Shown here: positions 6,671 to 11,064 of the stretch, piece by piece
Layout: the number at the start of each line of letters is the position of its first letter
Numbering within the stretch: position 1 is the stretch's first letter
Assembly (NCBI GenBank): GCA_020344215.1
Contig: CP070815.1
Span: forward strand, 2,213,475-2,224,538
From: Gemmatimonadota bacterium
GTDB taxonomy: Bacteria > Gemmatimonadota > Gemmatimonadetes > Palauibacterales > KS3-K002
Direction: 5' to 3'
DNA: 11,064 nt
Position numbers and translations under genes: made by a program
Notes under the pieces: generated by a model
The model's database searches: none
Told to the model about the DNA's origin: nothing
The model's input: the letters and a program-made list of their open reading frames with translations, nothing else

Positions 6671-7419
6671 ACGACAAACCGTCCGTCGGCATGGTTCGGG
6701 CGCTGATCTGCGAGGACGAGCCGCTGGCCGTCAAAGCGATCCGGGAATACCTGCGGGACGTCGAGTGGATCCGGCTGGTCGGGGAAGCCCGAAATGGGCC
6801 TGAGGCAGTTCGCCTCGTTCAAAAGCTCGAGCCGGATCTCGTGTTCCTGGACGTACGCATGCCAGGCCTGACAGGGCTGGAGGTCCTCGATGCGATAACG
6901 CACTTGCCGGCGATCGTCTTCACTACGGCTTTCGATGAGTACGCTGTCCCGGCGTTTGATGCGGGTGCCGTGGACTATCTGGTGAAGCCCTTTGGCCAGG
7001 AGAGGTTCCTGCAGACTCTCGATCGCGTGCGGGTAAGATTGCTGGGGGAGGGACTCGCGGCGGGAGAGCAGCCAAGATCGCAAGGGGCCCAGTATGCGCC
7101 GAGGCTATTCGCACGGCACCGAGGTAGCATCATTCCGGTGCCTGTGTCCGAGATCGCCAGGGTGGACGCTGCCCCCGGTGGTGTGTCTCTGGTGACGAAG
7201 AAGGGAACCTTCTCGCTCGACGCGACGATGGCTGAGCTCGAGAACCGCCTCGACCCTAGAGAGTTCGTGCGGGTCCACAGGAGCCATGTCGTTAACCTGA
7301 CGCATGTTGCGTCGATCCAGTCGTATGACGAGCGCCGGCTCATCCTCAAGATGCAGGACGGAGGTGAGCTGGTCGCCAGCCGGCGCGGCTCGAAGGCCCT
7401 GCGCGAATTGATGGGGTGA
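6667..7419 (+). CDS. Two-component response regulator, REC + LytTR DNA-binding domain (LytR/AlgR/AgrA family)
   Basis: REC domain: 'ALICEDEPLAVKAIREYL', 'DLVFLDVRMPGLTGLEVL' (acceptor Asp62), 'IVFTTAFDEYAVPAFDAGAVDYLVKPF'. LytTR domain: 'IIPVPVSEIARVDAAPGGVSLVTKKGTFSLDATMAELENRLDPREFVRVHRSHVVNLTHV'. ATG 6667-6669 overlaps the kinase stop TGA 6668-6670. Confidence 0.93.
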   Translation: MNDKPSVGMVRALICEDEPLAVKAIREYLRDVEWIRLVGEARNGPEAVRLVQKLEPDLVFLDVRMPGLTGLEVLDAITHLPAIVFTTAFDEYAVPAFDAGAVDYLVKPFGQERFLQTLDRVRVRLLGEGLAAGEQPRSQGAQYAPRLFARHRGSIIPVPVSEIARVDAAPGGVSLVTKKGTFSLDATMAELENRLDPREFVRVHRSHVVNLTHVASIQSYDERRLILKMQDGGELVASRRGSKALRELMG

Positions 7420-7534
7420 CGGAACAAGATCGCCCCTACCCCTCGGTAAGTCTCTGACTTCTGCTCACACCTTCCAAACGCATCTGATCCGGACATAACA
7501 CCGCTACCTGCCCCGCCATCGAGCCCTGCGTTGG

Positions 7535-7564
7535 ACCGTTCAGCCGCGACTGTGGTCCGTTCGC
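7535..7564 (+). promoter_or_regulatory. Putative LytTR-regulator operator: two direct 9-mers with a 12 bp spacer upstream of the CBM9/DUF5916 gene
   Basis: ACCGTTCAG (7535-7543) matches all 8 defined consensus positions. A 12 bp spacer follows (7544-7555). TCCGTTCGC (7556-7564) matches 7/8. Both 9-mers are preceded by TGG. The site lies 81 bp upstream of ATG 7645 and 116 bp downstream of the regulator's own stop. Confidence 0.6.
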
Positions 7565-7644
7565 GCGAAGAATCTTCCTAATGGTTCCCACCTTCAGCAA
7601 TCGTGTAGAGCGGACCCCACAAGACCCGGATGAGGAGAACATCA

Positions 7645-10374
7645 ATGTGCTGTGAAAGTGGAAGCAGAACCGATAGGATTCTGGGGGGCTCTGCCTCCAA
7701 CATGGCGCGCAGTCATCGGTCCCGTGCCATCCTCTCCGGCTGGCTCGTAGCCGTCTTGCTTCTGGGAATCCCGCTCAGCCAGTCCGCCGCTCAGCAGACC
7801 GGCCCGGACTCCTGTGACAACGATGCGACGGACCCCGCCTGCCGTCCCGCGGTAGCCTTGGCCGTTCGAGCGACGGAGCCGCCACATGTGGACGGGAGGT
7901 TGGAGGACGTCGCCTGGGGCCCGGCTCCGCTGCACTCGAGCTTCGTCCAGCGCGACCCCGATCAGGGGCGGCCCCCCACGGAGCGCACCGAGTTCCGCGT
8001 CGTCTACTCGGACGAGGCGCTATACGTCGGGGTCCGCGCCTGGGACTCCCGACCGGGCGAGATCTCGGCCCAGCTCACGCGGCGCGATGAGTACTCGCCG
8101 TCGGACCGGATCGTGATCGCGATCGACTCCTATCGGGACCGCCGCACGGCATTCGTGTTCGCCGTAAACCCCGCCGGGGTGAAGCAGGACTGGTACTCTT
8201 TCGACGACGCCGACGAGGATGACACGTGGAATGCGGTTTGGGACGTGGAGTGCACCATCGATTCACTCGGGTGGATAGCGGAGTTTCGCATCCCGTTCAG
8301 CCAGCTGCGGTTCACCACGGCCGAGGAGCAGGTGTTCGGCTTCCAGGTAGTGCGCAACCTCAACCGGTTGAATGAGGAGACTCACTGGCAGCTGATGCGG
8401 CGTGAGGAACCAGGCGTCGTCTCGCTGTTCGGTGATCTCGAGGGCATTCGGGGGATCGCGCCGCCACGGCGAGCCGAGTTCATGCCCTACCTGTCTGCTA
8501 CCGGCCTCTGGAACGAGAAGATTGCAGGCGACCCGTTCAACACTGGTCGCGACCGCGACCTCCGCGCCGGATTGGACCTCAACGTGGGGGTGACCTCCAA
8601 CATCTCGTTTTCGGCAACGGTAAATCCCGACTTCGGGCAGGTGGAGGCCGATCCGGCGGTCGTGAACCTTACCGCGTTCGAAACCTTCTTCCCGGAAAAG
8701 CGACCGTTCTTCAGCGAGGGTCTGGACATGTTCCTGTTCAGACTTATGGACATGGAGCAGCTATTCTACACGCGGCGCATCGGGCGCGCGCCGCAGGGTG
8801 TGCCGGACCCGCGCGGCGGCTTCGCTCAGAACCCCACCGAAACCACCATCTACACGGCGGCCAAGCTATCGGGGAAGACAGCCGGTGGCTGGACAGTGGG
8901 CCTGCTCGACGCACTGACTGCTGAGGAGAGGGCGCAGGTCGTAGACTCAGCCGGCAACACCTACGGGGACCCGGTCGAACCCCTGACCAACTACTTCGCG
9001 GGCCGGCTCGCCAAGGATTTCCGCCAGGGCCTCACGCGGGTGGGAGCGTTCGCTACGGCGGTCAACCGTCGGCTGCCGGCAAACCTGGAGTGGCTCAGGA
9101 CCTCTGCCTACAGCCTGGGATTGGATTTCAGCCACCGCTGGAGCAACGACGCCTGGGGCGTGTCAGCGACGCTGGTGGGGAGCCACGTGCGGGGCTCGCA
9201 GGAGGCGATCGACCTCACGCAAAAGGCGTCGGCGCGTTACTACCAGCGACCTGACAACGATCATGTAGACTACGATCCAACCCGCACCTCGCTCTCGGGC
9301 GTTGCAGGAGATTTCATCATCGAGAAGCGGACGGGCAGTTGGCGTGGCGCTATAGGATTCGATACCCGTTCCCCGGGCTTCGAGGTGAACGACGCGGGCT
9401 TTATGCGCCGATCCGATCGCATAGGGCAGGCCCTCTGGATCCAGCGGCGCTGGCTCGATCCGGGCAAGCTGTTTCGCCGCGCGGCGGTTAACTTCGAGCA
9501 GCACTCGGTCTTCACTTACGGCTGGGAGCGCACCGGCCTGGACGCTAGCGCGAGGGCCAGCCTCGACTTCCTCAACTACTGGCATGCGTATCTCGGCGTC
9601 GAGTGGAACGCCGAGAACCTCGACCCGGGATCGCTTCGCGGCGGCCCCGCCTTCCTGCGTCCCCCCACTTTGTCCAGCTGGTGCGGCTTCTCCACCGACA
9701 GCCGCAAGTCGCTGAGGGCCGCGATCGAAGGCGCTGTGCTTCGCCAGCCGGAAACCAGAAGCTGGGCGTACGAGGTAAGCATTCGGCTGAGCTGGCGCGC
9801 TGCCTCCAACCTGGACCTCACGCTCGCGCCGCGGCTGTTACGCAACTACGACAGCTGGCAGTACCTGCAGACCAGCACGGTTGCGGACTCGTCGCACTAC
9901 ATCTTCGGTGAGCTCAACCTGACCACGGCGTCGATGACGATCCGGGCCAACATCACGTTCACGCCCAATATGTCGCTGCAGCTGTACGCGGAGCCGTTCA
10001 TCTCGACCGGCGAGTATCTAGGGCTGCGTGATGTGCTCGACCCGAAGGCGCCGAGGTTCGACGGCCGATTCCGCAACTTCAGCGATGACGACCTGATCGT
10101 CATCGACGAGGAGATCTGGATCGACGTGGACGGTGACGGGGCGGGTGACATCAACATCGTACAGCCGAACTTTAGGGCGATCTCCTTCAGGTCGAACGTG
10201 GTGCTCAGATGGGAGTACATTCTGGGCTCCACGCTCTTCCTAGTCTGGCAGCACGGGCGCTCGGACGTGAACGACAACTCGCAGTTTCAGCTGTGGGACG
10301 GCATCCAGGGGATGTTCCGCCTGCCCGCGGAGAACCTGTTCGTGCTCAAGGTCAACTACTGGCTCAGCCTGTAG
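7645..10374 (+). CDS. Secreted CBM9-like (carbohydrate-binding family 9-like) + DUF5916-like large beta-rich protein, putative outer-membrane barrel
   Basis: The N-terminal domain 'PHVDGRLEDVAWGPAP...FVQRDPDQGRPPTERTEFRVVYSDEALYVGVRAWD...SDRIVIAIDSYRDRRTAFVFAVNPAGVKQDW...DDTWNAVWDVE...GWIAEFRIPFSQLRF' matches the CBM9_1/DUF5916 family pattern as I recall it. The remaining ~650 aa are rich in alternating aromatic/polar beta-strand-like segments and end 'LFVLKVNYWLSL'. Three candidate starts exist. ATG 7630 gives the longest ORF. ATG 7645 is preceded by AGGAG (7633-7637) with a 7 nt spacer. ATG 7702 gives a textbook signal peptide 'MARSHRSRAILSGWLVAVLLLGIPLSQSAA/QQ'. Confidence 0.8.
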   Translation: MCCESGSRTDRILGGSASNMARSHRSRAILSGWLVAVLLLGIPLSQSAAQQTGPDSCDNDATDPACRPAVALAVRATEPPHVDGRLEDVAWGPAPLHSSFVQRDPDQGRPPTERTEFRVVYSDEALYVGVRAWDSRPGEISAQLTRRDEYSPSDRIVIAIDSYRDRRTAFVFAVNPAGVKQDWYSFDDADEDDTWNAVWDVECTIDSLGWIAEFRIPFSQLRFTTAEEQVFGFQVVRNLNRLNEETHWQLMRREEPGVVSLFGDLEGIRGIAPPRRAEFMPYLSATGLWNEKIAGDPFNTGRDRDLRAGLDLNVGVTSNISFSATVNPDFGQVEADPAVVNLTAFETFFPEKRPFFSEGLDMFLFRLMDMEQLFYTRRIGRAPQGVPDPRGGFAQNPTETTIYTAAKLSGKTAGGWTVGLLDALTAEERAQVVDSAGNTYGDPVEPLTNYFAGRLAKDFRQGLTRVGAFATAVNRRLPANLEWLRTSAYSLGLDFSHRWSNDAWGVSATLVGSHVRGSQEAIDLTQKASARYYQRPDNDHVDYDPTRTSLSGVAGDFIIEKRTGSWRGAIGFDTRSPGFEVNDAGFMRRSDRIGQALWIQRRWLDPGKLFRRAAVNFEQHSVFTYGWERTGLDASARASLDFLNYWHAYLGVEWNAENLDPGSLRGGPAFLRPPTLSSWCGFSTDSRKSLRAAIEGAVLRQPETRSWAYEVSIRLSWRAASNLDLTLAPRLLRNYDSWQYLQTSTVADSSHYIFGELNLTTASMTIRANITFTPNMSLQLYAEPFISTGEYLGLRDVLDPKAPRFDGRFRNFSDDDLIVIDEEIWIDVDGDGAGDINIVQPNFRAISFRSNVVLRWEYILGSTLFLVWQHGRSDVNDNSQFQLWDGIQGMFRLPAENLFVLKVNYWLSL

Positions 10375-10438
10375 CAGCGTTGTTTAAGCTCGATCCTCTA
10401 TATCGTCGAAACCAGCGCGAATCCCGTAGTCCCGACTC

Positions 10439-10467
10439 CGAAACCCCTCGTAGGATAAGGGGTTTCG
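10439..10467 (+). terminator. Candidate intrinsic terminator downstream of the CBM9/DUF5916 gene
   Basis: Perfect 10 bp stem CGAAACCCCT (10439-10448) / AGGGGTTTCG (10458-10467) with a 9 nt loop. It is followed by a moderately T-rich tail, TCGTTTCTGCT. It lies 65 bp after the stop at 10374. Confidence 0.5.
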
Positions 10468-10710
10468 TCGTTTCTGCTCGACTTCCTGGAACCCGTGAGT
10501 GACCCGACTCGTTCGTAGATGAGGTCGACGGCTGCGCGACCGCCCTGGTGAACTTCGGGTAAATGGCCAACGCCGTGTGGACGACGAGCGAGGTCGTCCG
10601 GACGTTGCTCGCGTCGTGACTAGAAGGTACGGTCCCCCCGCGTGCACGGCCCGGCCTGCATTTCTCGCGCCCGAGGAACGGGTCAAGACCGGCAACGGAA
10701 CGCCACGAGT

Positions 10711-10734
10711 AGACGACACAACAGACGACACAAC
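10711..10734 (+). repeat. Perfect 12 bp tandem duplication (AGACGACACAAC x2) abutting the SD of the isochorismatase-family gene
   Basis: 10711-10722 and 10723-10734 are identical, and AGGAGG follows at 10735-10740. The tract is C/A-rich and should be largely unstructured. Confidence 0.9.
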
Positions 10735-10745
10735 AGGAGGAGCGA

Positions 10746-11064
10746 ATGGCTACGCAGGAGACGTACAACGACATTCTGCCGAACCCGGGGTTCGATGTCG
10801 AGCGGGGAAGAACCGCCGTCGTGATTACGGACCCACAGAAAGATTTCCTCTCGGAGGACGGTGTGGTGTGGGGTGTGGTCGGGCGGAGCGTCGAGGCGAA
10901 CAACACCGTGGAGAATCTGCGGAAGCTTCTGACAGCCGCGCACGAGGCCAAGATCCCCGTCTTCATCTCGCCCCACTATTACTACCCCCACGACCACCAG
11001 TGGGATTTCGGCGGAGCGTTGGAGAAGATGATGCACGCGGTCGGGATGTTCGACCGACAGGGCG
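10746..11064 (+). CDS. Isochorismatase-family cysteine hydrolase (3' end beyond window)
   Basis: Not in the ORF track because there is no stop inside the window. My translation from ATG 10746: MATQETYNDILPNPGFDVERGRTAVVITDPQKDFLSEDGVVWGVVGRSVEANNTVENLRKLLTAAHEAKIPVFISPHYYYPHDHQWDFGGALEKMMHAVGMFDRQG. The 'TAVVITDPQKDFLSEDG' segment matches the isochorismatase-fold N-terminal strand plus catalytic Asp motif. A perfect SD AGGAGG (10735-10740) lies 5 nt upstream of the ATG. The antisense track ORFs 10364..10966 and 10683..11036 are Arg/Ser/Cys-rich and look spurious. Confidence 0.8.
   Translation, partial: MATQETYNDILPNPGFDVERGRTAVVITDPQKDFLSEDGVVWGVVGRSVEANNTVENLRKLLTAAHEAKIPVFISPHYYYPHDHQWDFGGALEKMMHAVGMFDRQG

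Noticed and set aside
6307-7496. Long antisense ORFs 6307..7083 (258 aa) and 6975..7496 (173 aa) opposite the kinase and regulator genes
   Set aside because: They lack motifs and are Arg/Ser/Pro-rich. The sense frames carry complete HATPase, REC and LytTR signatures.
10675-10701. Two GGAAC pentamers (10675-10679, 10697-10701) that could be ECF-sigma -35 elements for the downstream gene
   Set aside because: No CGT-type -10 element lies at the expected 16-17 bp spacing from either copy.
10364-11036. Track ORFs 10364..10966(-) at 200 aa, 10384..10731(-) and 10683..11036(-)
   Set aside because: They are antisense to the + strand isochorismatase-family ORF, which has a perfect SD and strong family motifs. 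Their translations are Cys/Arg/Ser/Thr-rich and non-protein-like.
1-11064. Searched by eye for tRNA/rRNA, CRISPR arrays, IS/transposase or integrase genes, and toxin-antitoxin or known defence-system genes
   Set aside because: No regularly spaced repeats of 24-40 bp, no cloverleaf-like candidates, and no transposase, integrase or nuclease/helicase-type ORFs are present. The window looks like core or accessory chromosomal DNA rather than a mobile or defence island.

Overview
High-GC bacterial chromosomal window. The gene content (ADOP-type duplicated permease, CBM9/DUF5916 outer-membrane protein) resembles Gemmatimonadota or Acidobacteriota, but that is only a guess. I support eight protein-coding genes. 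(1) A 5'-truncated HAD-IA hydrolase (+). (2) A small ankyrin-repeat protein (-), lying 27 bp downstream of (3) an 'orphan' duplicated MacB/FtsX-type permease of the ADOP family (-). A ~600 bp divergent non-coding region follows. (4) A polytopic ArnT/PMT-like (GT-C-type) membrane protein (+). (5) A LytS/YehU-type sensor histidine kinase (+). (6) A REC-LytTR response regulator (+), whose start overlaps the kinase stop in ATGA. (7) A ~900 aa secreted CBM9-like/DUF5916-like putative outer-membrane beta-barrel protein (+). (8) A 3'-truncated isochorismatase-family hydrolase (+), which is absent from the ORF track because it runs off the window. The main finding concerns the two intergenic regions upstream of genes 4 and 7, which flank the kinase/regulator pair. 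They share a paralogous ~48 bp block with 36/48 identities by hand count. The block contains direct repeats matching the published LytTR-domain recognition consensus [TA][AC][CA]GTTN[AG][TG], with exactly 12 bp spacers (21 bp period). This predicts a self-contained, autoregulated envelope module from sequence alone: GT-C membrane protein, intramembrane-sensing kinase, LytTR regulator and a CBM9/DUF5916 barrel. No tRNA, rRNA, CRISPR or transposase was seen. Most other ORFs in the track are off-frame or antisense artefacts of the high GC content.
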